64,000 nucleotides of DNA from Diadema antillarum (GCF_040938485.1 NW_027271238.1:1426001-1490000); one strand, 5' to 3'; counted from the stretch's first letter, positions 11,384-26,685 are shown. Notes: generated from the sequence alone by a model not told the origin. Numbers and translations: made by a program.

Positions 11384-14300
11384 TGTACATTATGGGAGTA
11401 GAATGTACTGTGGTACTGTACACTGTTGTGTACAATGTATACATGTAGTGTACAGTACATGCAGTTAATACACTGCCTTTGAGTTTACATTAATTACATA
11501 AAAATGCAGTTCTGTTGATAGTGGAAAGAAAGTTCATGTTGCAAGGAAGGGGATAGAATACATGTACATGTGGTAATGGTATCCTGTCCCAGGATTTGAA
11601 GATTTTAGAAGAGGTTTAGTAGATGTCATTTGGTAGAAAATTGCATGATATGTAGGAATGCTTTTGCTCTTCTGCTAGTTTTATAGATTATGTTGAATAA
11701 ATTATTTTCATAATGAACATTGTACATGCAGACCAGCACAAGTTGTACTATAAAAAGTGTACATGCATGTGTAAAAGTGTCTGCAAAGAGCACTGTGGAC
11801 TTATCAGGGTGATGGACATCTTCATAAAGACATTGCTGCTACAGATTTGTTGTATACGGCATACATAAAGCATGGAGTATAATTTTTTGTAAATCGGGAC
11901 TTCCCGACAATTTTGCGAATGGTTAAATGCACACTCACAAAGCACTGTAAGTAATGAACAGAGAAATGTCAACATGCATGTCACATTCATAATGAGATCA
12001 GAGTTACATAATTTCACACATTGTTAAATTCGCAAATAGCACCTGACTTGTGAAATTCGCGAGTATGAAAACCTCACGAAATATATGGCATCTAGTGGGA
12101 GAAACCCTAATAAATATTGAATACATCCCACCGTGCCTGCTTGGCTTTTCCCCAGAAGAATGGCCGATTGATCGACCGCTGAAATGGAACTCCCATACAA
12201 ACACAGGCTGCTATATAAAGCAGTGTACATTTCATGGATGACAAACCTAGCAGGAAATGAGAACTACTCTTGGCCACCACAGTGATGACCAAGGTAGCAG
12301 TCAGTGGATTAGTTCCTCTTCTGCTATTCTGTCTTGCTGCCTCCTCCTCCCCACCCCCCCCCCCCCCTCACTTGTTCCAAGCTGGCTCAAATTTCCATGT
12401 ATCTGGTGCTCACATTGTTTAATTAGACATTCACACAATACCCAGTACAATGTACAATGTATTTGTAACTCCTAGCACATTCTCCTCTACAAGCATTGGA
12501 AGTCTGATATACGGTGCAACCTCTTACTTCCCAAAGAGTTAAGGCCTTCATTAATAGAATGACAGGATATACATTGACATTATGTACGGGTATGATTACA
12601 GGATGTACATTGTAGCTGAAATCATCAGGTACAGACTGTACCAAATGGTAATGCAAGTGAAACCTGCAAGGGAAGTGCATGTATTCATACAAGAGGCACT
12701 CCTTGAGTACTGTTTGTGGCTTGGTTTTAAGACGAGTTGATGGGCTTCGTACACTGTAGAAGCATTGTACAGATGTAGATATCTTGCTTCCATTGTTGAC
12801 TGATGACGACCCAACCTTTGTTGTGATGTCACTAGCCATCTTGAGAAGCATGACCTTAAATTCAAGGAACTTTAGGAAGGAACTCAAGTTAGACCTCTTA
12901 CAATGTACATGTATATACATTGTTGTATCATAGGCCTTTATTATTATTTTATCAAGCTGTGTATTGCTACAAGTTAAATGTAACCTTCATTGCTAGCGTC
13001 ACAGGGAGGAACAATGCCATGGAGTATGTGCGTCACAAGGATCCATACAAATAATACATTTGTTTGTGTGTGTGTGTGATAACTCTTTCCTGCACAGACA
13101 TGGAGTAGAGAAGGGAAGGGAAGGGAACAAGGCAGACATCACTCACTGTTCCTCTGAGAATAGATTGACATGTTACCAACACTGATGACATTACACATTA
13201 ACAAATATACCAACTGTAACTTTTTTCCAGTATTTTGAAATGCTTTTGTTTTGTTTTCTGTTTGTCTTTGTTTTTGTTTTGCAAAATATACTGCAGTTCT
13301 CGTGGCAAATACTGGTTTTTTTTTTTCCAAATCGTAACCACAAATATATATTGCAGAAAAGGTTAAAATACAGTTGTACATTTTCTCCACCAAAATGCAC
13401 TTTCTAGACCTGAGAATCTTGCAGTCACTTTTACAATACTCTACAAGGTGGGGTGGACTTCCCTGCATTGATTTATCAGCCATATGAGGCAGTGATGAGA
13501 TTTTGGGGGTTGTGTTTAAATTCCTTTTTCCAATTATTTCTTTGAAGTCTGATCAGCCAAGGTGGGACCAATTTTTAGATCGACTGTCAAAGTTTATTTA
13601 GGAGATAATGAGGGGAGATGTTAGTATGATGTATGATTGATATCATGGACTTGATTTGTAGGAAGCTCTATAAAACATAACGCTTGCGTCTTTGTTAGAG
13701 TTTTAGATAATCATCTGTCCCAATGACTGGATTTCTACGGAGGGATTTATAGTTCTTGGTCATGGTATAGATTGTTACAGCTTTTTTCAATTGAAAGCAA
13801 AACCTTTTCTTGCTTTACATTATTTGGCCTATAAGATGTAGTTTATTTCAAGTACCGTACATACAATGTACACTGTATGGTCACAGGTATACAATCTGTT
13901 AAATTGTGAGTCATTTACCCTACTCTCCATATATTTTGTAAGTACATATTACGAAGTTATTTTGTTTTTATTGTGTTTGTGTGTTTGTGTGTGTGTGTGT
14001 GTATTTAAAAAAGCAAAACTGATGTACTTAAAAACTACAGTGTACCAGATGCTATTGTCTACTCGTCAAGATTTGGTTATGTTGTGAATACATAGGAAGT
14101 GTGGCATACACATTGTGTGGATAATCATGCATTCATTAGATATTTTAATTGATTAGATAGTAGGCAACGTACATGTAGTGTTGGTCCCTTTCTTCAGATG
14201 ATGCAAGGTTGGAAGCACTGTACAGTTTGTGCATGAAGTACAATGTATAGTGCGTACTGTACATGTATGAGGCTTGCAACCATTGGCTCTTGTCATGTTT

Positions 14301-14959
14301 GCATGCATGCAAGCCTCTCTCTATGAGAGGAGCATCAGCATAGCAACCGGGTTCTCTCTAACCGGCTCCCATCTGAAATGCATGCATGTACGGACGATAG
14401 AGTAATGATATGCGTGCATGCACTCCTCACACTCACGCACACAACATCGGGAATTATCGCCACACGGGATCGCTGCTTGTCTTGGACTGTGGAGTCGAGA
14501 CTAGTGTAGCTCGCTCATGTCAGGATGTGCTAGAAGGGGCGTGCTGAAAACACACACCCACTCACGAGTAGGAAATGCTTGCTTTTAGATGTTTTGCCAT
14601 GCATAAGCTTACAGGCTTGCACCAAACATGGTGCCATGTTAATACAGAGTAAAATGTGTCATGTGCACGCCTCTGATGCCTTTGTGGGTCAGTGTAAATG
14701 ACTGTCTTTGAGCTAGACTATCTGTGGGTACATGTACTTCACCATCAGACTTTGCCTGATTAAGTGTGTCAGCTTGGTGTAATTATATCCACATCTGTGC
14801 ATGTTCATTCCTTTTTTAATCATCTGTAGTGAAATGTACTCATCTGCCCAAGAGTTTCATTCCTGATGTCATTCAGTTGTAACTTAACATGACTTGCATG
14901 GATTTGAAATATTAACTGATAGCATCTCAACCTAACGACTTTATTGAGGGAAGTCTATT

Positions 14960-15482
14960 CTGTAGAAATTTTCGCGGTACATTAATTTTCGCGGATTTTG
15001 CGCTACGCTCGGCTAGCGCGAATTCAAAAACGCGCGAATATATCTTCACAATTTTCTACGCACATTTTGAACGGGATGAATTGTGTGCGCTTCATCGATG
15101 ATACTGCTACGTAGTACAATGTACAGGCATGTTTACGCTAGTAGTACTGTGCGAAGAGACGATACCCTAGATTGCTGTGTACTGTAGCATGCATGTGTGC
15201 ACCGCACGCATCGATGCTACAGCTACAGTCCCCCGTGACTACGGTACTAGAGTCACAGCTGTACTACGTATTTGAGTGCTTGTACTCGCAGTCGAGCCGC
15301 TCGCTACGTCGCTTGTCGTACGCTGGCATAGCAAGCTATGTAACAGAGGCTTTGGATGAAAGCAGTGAATGTGTACTACAGTAAAGTAACCTGCTGCGGA
15401 GCGCGAATTTAAGAACCCGCGAATACGTTTTCGAGCCGCTCAGCGCGAAAAATTAATCGCGCGAAAATATTGACGTTTACAG
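14960..15482. mobile_element. TA-flanked CTGTA-type MITE, ~520 bp
   Basis: CTGTAGAAATTTTCGCG ... GCGAAAATATTGACGTTTACAG|TA; CGCG-rich subterminal motifs as in the 10926 family. Confidence 0.7.
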
Positions 15483-15779
15483 TACTGGTACAACGCAGTA
15501 ATGCATACAATTGTACTTGCACTGTGCTCTTCAATAAAAATGTTGAATATGATTATAGAATGTACATTCATTCATTGTCAGTTTCATACTGCTTGCACAC
15601 TATAGAAGTACTGTGCAGTGTTTACTTCAACCAGGGAGGTGGAAGAAAGATGGAGATGGCACTCTGAGAGCTTCCCTCAGAAAAAAAATCAAGTGCTCTT
15701 ACACCGATTAACTTCTTGAAATCCAACCCTCATTCTGTGATAAATATGTCAAAATCTGGCCTTATCGGTCCACCCATCA

Positions 15780-17250
15780 CCCTCCGGCGCACTAGAGTGA
15801 CGCAACATGATCTCCTTTCCAGGCCTTCCATAAACACACGCTCGTAAAAATCGGGCTTTGAAGCGATGCGTGGCACCGACAATATGACGTCATATTCAAA
15901 ATTTTGGCAGTCTATTACATTCAGTGAAAGACGTCCCCCTTCGAAAGCTACAACTTATGGCTCAAGTATTGGGTAGCGTAGTATGTCTATACCTTTCGCT
16001 GGTTCAGCAGACTGTGCTGAGGAGATTGCCGTTTGAACCAGCGAAATCGGTACACAAACAACGGAGTTACTGAGCAGTAAGTTTTGTGCGCTAGAGATGT
16101 CATCATATTGTTTCTGTATCGATTATGAGAAATCCCGCACATTTCCGCAATTTTTTTATAGTTAGAGAGGTAGGGCTGACCTTGATCTTCAAAATGATAT
16201 CAGTTACATGAGCGTGTTCGGGCGTGTTTTCAAACAGTTCGAGTGTAAAAGTAGTGCTTCATAGAGACCGAAACGTTTTTTTTTTTTTCGTCTGCACCCA
16301 AGCGAGCTGGGGCTTTTCAGCGTACTCGTCGGGTTGTTGTAGGGCCGCCGCGTAGGCGTCGGGACAGCATTCGTTGCCGTTGTTTAGGTGAATTTGAGTT
16401 ACTAGTAAATACATATTGGAATGGAAAGTTGAGTGTTAAAAAGTGTAAATTAGACATATCAGCCTTGATTATAATAATTTTCCGTAGAGAATTAAAGATG
16501 ATATCTATAAAAGCCTAGATGTATGATGCTGTAAGTATATTTTAGGGGGAAAAACAGAGCTTAATATACAGTGTTTCGCCTCACTCTCCCTCGATCATTC
16601 ATCGGTAAATACCGGTAATCGGCTTGACTCTACCCCATGCTAACGTTACAAAAAATTGAATTAAAAAGTAGCAGAGTACACCTCTGGAGCTAGTAGAATC
16701 TAACGTTTAACAGTGGTTAGATTCTAGTTTGTGAAATACTAGAGTCTACTAGCTAGGACTATTAGGTATGCTTTTCCTAGGCAGCGTACCTGAGGTGACG
16801 CTGCGCTAAACAGTGTCCTGAGCCTTGCCCTTGCCTTGGCCTCCAATTTCCAAAAGCCAAGGCCCAACTAACTTTCTGAGTTTCAGTTTCAATTGCAAAT
16901 CAAATTTCGTTAAGTTGCTGTGTCAATGTGATTTTGAATTTGCTAAAAGCAATTCCTCCTCAACAAACTCGTCTCCGTCAAAATCACGATCGCCAGAACC
17001 ACCACCACTGCTTACACCACTGCTTTACAGAATACACTCTATAGAGTTCTGTGCTTACACCGTAGGACGCCATTTTATTCCCCGACCACAATGCATTTCG
17101 CGTCGTGAGTTTCCGCCACAAGATTTACGACTTGCAGTGCGCCGAGCGTGAGTAATGGGATTACGGGAGGGGGAAAAAGACGCTGTCGGGGCCACGCATG
17201 ACTTCAAAGGAAACTCAGAAGAGCACACTCCATCTTTCTTCCACCTCCCT
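15780..17250. promoter_or_regulatory. CpG-rich promoter-like island upstream of PP1 exon 2
   Basis: Locally high CpG; palindrome AATATGACGTCATATT (15881-15896) containing a CRE; YY1-like CGCCATTTT (17068-17076); + strand donor-like sites at 16388 and 17148; - strand ATG plus GTAAG donor at 17073-17054. Confidence 0.45.
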
Positions 17251-17402
17251 GCTTCAACATTGCTTGCTTTGTAGCACTTTTGATTTGTACATTATATGTG
17301 TATAATGTTTTGGTTGAAATAATCACATTTCATCCTTCAATTTATGCATTTTTTGCCAAGGTAATTTATAAATGTTGCCTTTGCTTTCATATCTGTGTAC
17401 AG

Positions 17403-17534
17403 CTCGCGGCACCAGACCCGGAAAGAATGTTCAATTGACGGAGGCAGATATCCGTGGTCTCTGTCTGAAGTCGAGAGAAATCTTCCTCAGTCAACCCAAT
17501 CTGCTGGAATTGGAGGCACCTTTGAAGATCTGTG
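17403..17534 (+). CDS. PPP1CA: Protein phosphatase 1 catalytic subunit (alpha/gamma type), coding exon 2 (132 bp)
   Basis: AG|CTCGCGGC...TGTG|GTAAG; encodes (x)[43 protein letters not shown](G); length and phase as I recall for vertebrate PP1 exon 2. Confidence 0.97.
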
Positions 17535-18407
17535 GTAAGTGGGCAAGGTGCAAGATTTCTAGCAGTTCTGTGGGTGGGTTATCGTTAGGGGGTGTGTTAT
17601 ACAATGTGCAGCTGCTGTGTAATTTGCTATTTTGGGGGTATGAGTCAAGTGTTACATATTGTGTTTTAGACTATGCATGTGTAGACTAGCCTTTGATGAC
17701 CTGTGGATTTTCACAGTGAAGGTATTAGAAAATGAAATCAACAGGAAACAAAAACAAATTAAACTAAAAACTAAGTGGTAACTTTGCTTTTGTTGGTGTG
17801 TGTGGGGGGGGGGGGGGGGGGGGGAGGTTGAATAAGGTCTCAGATACCGTTAAAAGTGTCCTTACAGTATGCTGGAAAAACAGGATGCTTTGCCTGACTG
17901 CTAAGTGTGCATCAGTCCAGAAAGAGAAGCGGTCATGTTTTCTTTTTCAAGTTTGCCCTTAAAAATGTGGGAAAAGGATGTGTACTTGGAACTAAGTTTA
18001 GATATCCAAGCAGACTTCCTGTATATTTTTTGGAGCCCTCTTGCACTGTATGCAGACTGCCTGTCTAAATGTCCATGCTGGCCTGTCTGGTTTCTCCTCC
18101 TGTGCGAGTGGTGGTAGAATGGTTCAGAGGAAAAAAGCAAATGAAACACTATTGAGATGATGTTTTGGAATGCTCTTGATAGTAGCACATCTTTCCCTGT
18201 AACAAAAAAAGAAAAAGAAAAAAAAAGAAGCAAAACAAAACAAATTCAAAAACCACCCAAAAAACAAAACAAAGCAAATACACAAAAAAAATCCTCTTCA
18301 GCACTAGAGGGCAATGTTCGTGTGGCACTTCAACTTATGTTGCCATCACTGTTAAAACTGATTATCCAGTGTTCATAGATGTTATATTCCATTCACAAGT
18401 ACATTAA

Positions 18408-18977
18408 AGGACAAGTTCACCTTCATAAACATAAGGATTGAGAGAATGTAGCAATATTAGTAGAACACATCATTGAAAGTTTGAGGAAAATCGGACAATC
18501 CGTTCAAAAGTTATGAATTTTTGAAGTTTTTGTGCAGTAACCGCTGGATGAGAAGACTACTGCAGTGTGTGAAAAACTTAAATGTCACATGCGTACAACA
18601 ATATAAGGAAAATATAAAGAGAATTTCACAAAATTTCATCTTATGAAAAAAGTACACATTCCCCCGACTCGTTACCGACAAATGTTATGGGTAATATTAT
18701 TCCCCCTGCCTTTAGAAAGAGGCAAGTCAAGTGCTCTTTTATTATGCGAAAAAAGTGAAAATATGTTGAATTTTCTTTATATTTTCTTTATACTGTTGTA
18801 CGCATATGACTCACAAGCTGTAGTAGTCTCCTCATCCAGCGGTTCCAAAACAGAAATTTTAAAAATTCATAACTTTTGCATCGATTGTCCAATTTTCCTC
18901 AAACTTTCACTGATGTGTTCTATACTAATATTGTTGCATTCTCTCAATCCTTATGTTTATGAAGGTGAACTTGTCCT
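18408..18977. mobile_element. Kolobok-type MITE, family K1 (copy 2)
   Basis: TTAA|AGGACAAG...CTTGTCCT|TTAA, 570 bp; opposite orientation to copy 1. Confidence 0.85.
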
Positions 18978-19036
18978 TTAACTTGAAATCCCCCCCCCCC
19001 CCCCATTTTCCTTCCATATCACCTTTTCTGTGCATA

Positions 19037-19204
19037 CTGTAACTTTAGCAAGATGTTTTTGCAGCATGAATTTTTTGGGGAATTGCCACTGGCATTCAAT
19101 GCATAAAGTGTGAACAAGAACTTGGGGGTGCATTTTAATTTTTGCAAATTTGGGCTCGTGAATTCATGACATTAAGATGCACGCGAGCTTTTCTCGTTTT
19201 ACAG
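19037..19204. mobile_element. Degenerate TA-flanked CTGTA-type MITE
   Basis: TA|CTGTAA ... TTTTACAG|TA termini. Confidence 0.5.
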
Positions 19205-20690
19205 TATTTGATGGCAGCAGGCTCAGCATAGAGCTTTCAATACATGTAGAATAAGGCTACACTTGTTCAGTGAAGAACTCCTTGTTCGGTTCTTGCTCTT
19301 TTTTTTCCATATAAAATCCTTGATTCTTCATTATCCATCCAGATATATTGTAGCTTCCAGTTACCACAGTGAACCACTCAGTTGCTGGATACTGCTTGTT
19401 AAAATAGTATTGAATTCTATGGACATGACTTTATCCAGGATGATAATGCAATTAATAATTTCCAGAGTTGTGTGTGATATACAATGTAGATGGATTTGAT
19501 GATACCTTTTTTTCTAGAGTTTTCTTAACAATGTACACTGATCAATGATTATTGCGGGGGGGGGGGGGGGGGGGGGACTGACATGCAGTAATAGCCAACA
19601 TTCATGTTGTTCTTTGTCACGAGGAGCAGCAGTCTGTTAAGGATCACAGCTTTTATGAGAGGTTTTTTACACTGTCAACATCTACAAGTTTTTATTCTAT
19701 TCACATACATGTAGAGGCATTAAATTTTATTGCATGAGTTTAATAGATAAAGACAGGTGGGTTGTGTAATGGTGGAGATTGGATTGTACAGTAGGGAGAT
19801 ACAGGAGTCCCATTCAGGTTCTACAATGAATATTAGCCATTTTGAAAATCTGTTTTTGCAGTGCGATGTGAAAACAGTTGACTCATTGTGTGTTGGCAAA
19901 AACTCAATTGTCAGCTCTGGTGGTAACACACATCACAATGTCCTGCAAGGTATTAAAGTGTGAATGGCATACACACCCCCCAAAAATTGTTCCATTTATC
20001 TCGTAATGCAGCTTGTCACACAAGGTCTGCACATTCAGTTGCCCAGGGTCACACTCTGGTCATTGTTTAGGCATGCACAGTCTGGAGATTCAAAGCGCTC
20101 CATGTGCCTCTGAGTGTGTATCCGTTTTGTTTGTTTTTTTGCTGAGTGTGAGTCAAAGCAAGTCAAATCAATTTTTGCATTGTGATGCAAGAAACAACAA
20201 CTGTAATTCCTGTGTGTGAAGGCAGCAAGCGATTACATGTGTATGAAGAAAGCGAAGAAAGAAACACCCAAACACATATCAATTTATTGGGTGCACATTG
20301 GTATCTGTCCACATAATCTGTGTATTAAGGTCATGTGCACACATACAATGTACACAGACAAACACACACTCACACATATACACTTGTATTACAAGGCAGC
20401 TGCAAGCAGTACGGTTATTCATTTTTCTTGATTGGAATACAACCTTACAAAAAGAAAAAAAAGAGGGATAGCAAGGAGCACGGCTGTAAAAAGGAGTCCC
20501 TAGTAATACAGCAAGGTCGTTAGGCTAGGAGATTGTTGTATTTTCTCTGTGATTGTACTTAGCTACATCACATTTTTTTCAAGGTTTGTGTTAATTACCT
20601 CACTAGATGCCTGGTTGATAGAAGTTGGTGTGTCAGTCACGTGTTAAGACATGCAGTAATGTTATGAAATACATATGGTATTGGTACATT

Positions 20691-20881
20691 CTGTAAAACC
20701 AGAAATTTTCATGAATTTTGCAAGCTGGGCAAAAGATCCACAGAATTATAATCCATGCAAAAGTTCTTGCCTATACACAGGCATGTGATGCAGGTGGTCA
20801 GTGAAAATTTCATGCCCTCAAAAAGGCTGTCAACTCCCATTTGTGAAAAATGTCATGGCCCAAATATTTCTGATTTTACAG
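20691..20881. mobile_element. Degenerate CTGTAAAA-type MITE
   Basis: TIR CTGTAAAACCAGAAATT / AAATATTTCTGATTTTACAG|TA. Confidence 0.6.
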
Positions 20882-22986
20882 TATACACTGGATGAAGGCT
20901 TTGATTTCTTTCTTCTTCCCTAAAAGTTACACTTGTTTTTGAAAGTGCATAGATGTACATTGTACATGTATCTCCAAGGCTAAATGAGTGTACTTTACTT
21001 CCTATTTGTTCCTTTACTAGTTCCTGTATTCCCTTCCTTCTTGTAGTTTGTTGTCTTCAGACCCCTTGTCCACATGTTTTATTACACATTTTTTCCCCAA
21101 AAAAACTAGATACGATTATTACAGACTATTAAAGCACTCATGTGTGGTGAGTATCTGTTTCTTCTAGTACAAGCAGCGCTGAGTACAAGGAACTAAAAAA
21201 ATTAATGTTTGACAGGTCCATTTCAATTTGTTGAGTAGTTTCTTGTCCACCAATCTCACCCGATTCTGTGATACAAATGTAGAAGGCTGGTCACCTCCAT
21301 ACTACAATGTACACTTGCTACACACATGTGGCAGTACATTACCTGTAGATATTAATCACATCCTGCAATTTCTGACAAGTTAACTTTCATGTAATTGCAT
21401 TTTGATCTCATTATAATCAATTGTATTATATTGAATAATACCACAGTAATATTCACAACCATTTATAGAACAGCTTCAGGAGAAAAAGTGTCCACCTGCA
21501 ACAATACCCACTGAAGTAGTAATAATACCATTTCTTTCCTGTTGACATGAAGGTATTGTCCAGCTAGAATAGACATGAAAGTGCAGTATACAATGTATTA
21601 TGATTCTTGCAAAAAAAAAAAGTAATTTAATATAAATTGTACATTCCGGTTATCAGCAGTAACAAACATGCCTGGTATCATGACACTACTTAACAAGAGC
21701 TTTCATGAGACATTCATGCATCAAAACATGTAACACCAGAAAAGTAAATAACATGCATACAATTTGAGCAGGCCCTGCTGCATCTGGCTATTAAAGCAAT
21801 GCAGCACAGTTTTATACCGCTCACTGACCAGAATAACACGGTGCGTATGGTACGATCAGAGGAAATCTGGGCAGTTTTCTGGCTTATTTTCATGGTTTGC
21901 TGTCAGGGTAAGGCGGAAATGTCATTTGGCAGGTTCCTGTCCAGAGCAGGAAGCTCTCTAATGGAGCGATTTGATGTGCACTTCAAATAGCCATCCCACT
22001 ATCCTGAAGGCAAGTGTCTCAATGGGATCCCCCAGAGCGCTGTCAAGGGACATCCAAGATCCATGCAAATTTCATATTCCTTGGACCACTTCACTGACAA
22101 CATTGGGGACTGTACTACTGTAGGTCTTATTCTCAGTGCATAAAATAATTTTCCTTCTCAACATACTTGTTTTAAATGTAGTGTCAGTCAGTGAACAAAT
22201 TATGTTTTTTACTACAATGTAAATGGTATTCAATTCTACATGTGTATGTGACGGATTGTCATACAAATTACATTTTGTATTTCAGTCGTACCAGAAATGC
22301 ATCTAACAATAGAAAATTATTCAGTGTATAAATGGGAATACTGTACATGTAGTATTAACACCTCTGGATGTTCCTTCAGGATGGCACACCGCAAACATTT
22401 GGGACAAGTATTGGAAGTCTTTTAGTTTTGGTGGTTACACTGTACAGCACATTTCTTTTCTAAGTAGACTCCTTGAAAGTCCTTTTTTTTTTTTGTCTAC
22501 TTGAACAGTATGAAGTGCGATTCAATTTCCATGCAAACCCGCTCTGAATGCAAGACAGCAAATGTCTTACATGTGCACAAAGACATGACAAGCACCAAAA
22601 AGAATTTTGTGCATTGTGTTTTTGGTGAGTCATATGAAGGGAAATACCCCAAATCATGATTAGTTTTAGGTGAAATGTTTTTGTGTCAATGCGTCATCAG
22701 GATTTAATCTTTCACCAAATTGCATTTCATTCTCCCACACCACCTTCCCCTGGAAAAAACAACAACAAAACAGCATTGTTGCGCTGCACATGACTGGCTT
22801 TGAGAGGCCACCAGTCTTCTGCAGACCTCATTTCATGAATAAACTGCTGGGAGTTTGGCTGTGTAAACAGGAAATGCATTATATTCACCACTTCTAGGGT
22901 AATTTTGAATTTCAGTCAGGCGTTGTTTTAAAGACCAGGAAAAATCAGATACAGATGTAGATGCCACCTGGCCGTGAGTAATTAAT

Positions 22987-23126
22987 NNNNNNNNNNNNNN
23001 NNNNNNNNNNNNNNNNNNNNNNNNNNNNNNNNNNNNNNNNNNNNNNNNNNNNNNNNNNNNNNNNNNNNNNNNNNNNNNNNNNNNNNNNNNNNNNNNNNNN
23101 NNNNNNNNNNNNNNNNNNNNNNNNNN
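22987..23126. other. Assembly gap (N run)
   Basis: 140 N. Confidence 1.
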
Positions 23127-24667
23127 AGTTATTTATTTTGTTGTGCTCATTGCAGTACTCATTGCACAGAACATATAAATGTACAGAAATGCCTGAGCTG
23201 TCTTTCCTGTTGCAGTATCTCATGGGAGTATTTGCAACAAAATAAAAGCTGTGTAAGTTCAAGTATTTTCTCATTAATTTGGATATTAAACATCAAGTCA
23301 TATGAAAGCTTACTCAAGCTTCATATTCCAATTCTCATATAAATTGTTCAATCTGCATCAAGCACATCTTGGTGCAAAATGCAGTCCAGTTTCACAGGTG
23401 CAAAAATGTGCAATCAACAAAGCTGCAAGTACAGTAGTATCAAATTTTGACAGAAATGCCATCAGTTCTTATTGATCATGCCTACAGCCGTAAATCGTTC
23501 ATACAACATTTACAATCTCTGGGGGTTCGTACATGTATCTTATACCAATTTCGTCGCCTATATGCTAAAGCTCGTTAGTTCTTATTATTCTTGATAGAAA
23601 ATTATCGAGAATGAATTGCGCAATTTATTTTTTTCCCCTCGTGATCCATCACATGAATACCCAAATGACTGCTTTAATTTGTGCAGAGTTATGACTGACG
23701 TTCACATGGAAAATTACAACTGCTGCTCGTAAAATCTGTTATCACTACAGATCTCATGTTGTCAGATGTTGTAAAAAAAACCAAACTCAACTGAGTCCTT
23801 TCAGTGACCCTATGTACAGCTGTAGTTCATTCTGATATATATTGGAATAGGTCGTGTGAATACACATAAATTGGGATGTGGTTGACATGGGAAGAAAAAG
23901 CCTGCCTGCCATGCATACAGGGTCATTTGTGTGGTCTGTCAGGCTGCCTCACAAACTTAAATACTTCGGGACGTCATAGAGCAGTTTGCGGGTTTAACCT
24001 GTGAGTGAAGACGTCAACGGAAGAGCAGATGCAAAGCTTATTCATGCGTAGAGTCATCAATATGCAGAGAAATGGGAGGCCACCGTGGTCACAAGTGGGT
24101 GACTGCAAAAATATGAGAGATAAAAATAAAAGCCTTCAGACTGTGGTCTTGGGTTAGAGATACACAATGTACATAATAAAAAAACTGCAAATGCTACCAA
24201 GCAAAGATGAGAAAATTTGCATTTGGTGTGCTTCATTGGACGTAAGCCATGTCACTTTGCTTCAAAATACCATTAATGGAAGAACTGCACTTAGTGTGGA
24301 ATATTAATGTACAGTAGTTTTACCATAGTCCCCTTTTAATCATACTTGTAATTCCTTTGAAGCATTAAAACATCAATACAATGAAACATTACGTCAATCA
24401 GTATTGAAATATGAGGAGTCCTGTAATCATACAGTAGGTAGCATGTCTTTCTTAGCTGTTAAATCATGCAAGCTGTCACCTTTGTTGCTTGTTTTTAACA
24501 TATGTGTATGTAGTCAAGGAATATGGTATATAATAAATGAGTCACACAGGGTGATAAGCACCATCAGTTGGTTCACTGCAAATGAGGACAGAAATAAACG
24601 AAAAAGATGTTGCACAATAAACTGTACAATAAACATAGATTCAAGAGTTATGGTATCACGCACTTGA

Positions 24668-25141
<474 letters not shown>

Positions 25142-26685
25142 TGACTTATCGTGATGTTTGTAAGTTAACCTCAAAACAAAAACAAAAATAAAGCAACACA
25201 TACATCTAGCATGACAGCGGCAACAATAACAACAAGAAAACCCAGCAACAACAAAAATTGCACCTCAGAATACTGTGGTCTCTAGGGAGAGTATAGACTT
25301 GGTCCTCTTTCTCATCATGCATTTTGTCACAGGGTGTTGTGGGTGTTTTGTAGATGAGTAATTAACTTGAAGCTCTTACTGGCTGGTAGGATGTGCCCTG
25401 GGATTTGCATCATTTGGTCTGCGGTATACACAAGCTGTCAGGGTGACCTCATGGCATACTTACTGTTAATGCAATAGCACAGAGAGTATTCACTTTGGAA
25501 TGACTCCTTCTCAGTAACAGCCCCTTTGCATACCTTGTCAGGGAGAATACAACCAAGGAGATGTTCTACTATTCTGTGAACATAGTTGTGACTTGTGGGG
25601 TGCAAGTCCCCCTTCAAAAACAAAAGAGAAAAAAAAATAAAGAAAAAATAATGTGTGAACATTGGATTGGACAATATCATATCAGCCAATATTGCAACCA
25701 GTTCTTACCTTGTTGCATTTGATATTAAGAAAGCTAATTGGGCTTCCTGTGTTGTAGGTTCAGAAAACAAAGCGAGACGGTGCTGTTTCAGCTACAGACC
25801 TCTGTTCATGGAGTGGCATTAACTCCAGCCCATGGCTTCAGCCTGTTCCTTTCAGTCAGTACAACTTTGCATGGTGTGTGCAAGGAAAAAGATAATGCCT
25901 CCACCTATACCTAGAGGAATGTACACCTTTTGTCATTGCAATTCTGGAATTTTCTCATAATCCTATGTTCTTTGCAAATTGCATTCAAATGTGCGCCTGG
26001 GGTGAAAATATTCTCGTACATGTCAATAAGAAGAAGAAAAAAAGAAATCTTTCTCTTTTATATTCGGGAATGTAACTAATTTTGAATCAAGACTAGGAAG
26101 TTTGTACTCTGCACTCAATCATTTGAAGTGCTTGATATGTAATCGTTATGGTTTGTACACTGACTGTATGGCTGACTTGTACATCATTCCATTAAAAATG
26201 ATAAGGTAGAATCTGGCTTCATTCACGTTAGAATGAGAGGAATGTTACATTATTAAAACTTGATGTTGAGAAAGAGACAGAGAGAGTGAGAGAGGATGAT
26301 ACAGTGTCCCTGCAGATACTGTAGCTTGTCTCTTTTTCCATCAAGCATTTTGGATTCAGTCAAATACAACGTGTACACAAAGAATGCTATTAAAGGTAAC
26401 ACAATCTTTGTCAGTGACAGTGTCCATACATGGATAGACAGGATGTTAGTGATCAGGTGAGATTAACTGGAATGCAGTCAGTTTTGGTTTATTTTGTTCA
26501 CTTGCTTGCTTGATTTTGTGTAGCAACTGCATACTGTGTGAGGTGGGGGATTAGGTGTACATTTAATCGCCCTTCAAAGCATATGACATTTTATCTTACA
26601 AATGTATTGAAGTAAAGTACAGGAATTCAATATCACTAGAAGCTTTGATTGCTGCTGAAAAGACTTTGCATAGTTTTTGTGTTAA

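Noticed and set aside
11227-11460. HT/CV-repeat ORFs (also 36800-37238)
   Set aside because: Translations of (CA)n/(TG)n microsatellites.
12423-12920. Longest gap-free non-exonic ORF (165 aa, - strand)
   Set aside because: No recognisable domain or convincing splice structure; overlapping frames are equally open.
17372-17689. Track ORFs 17372, 24674, 29419 and 30328 as stand-alone proteins
   Set aside because: Each is a PP1 exon read through into intron sequence; the real boundaries are the GT-AG sites listed.
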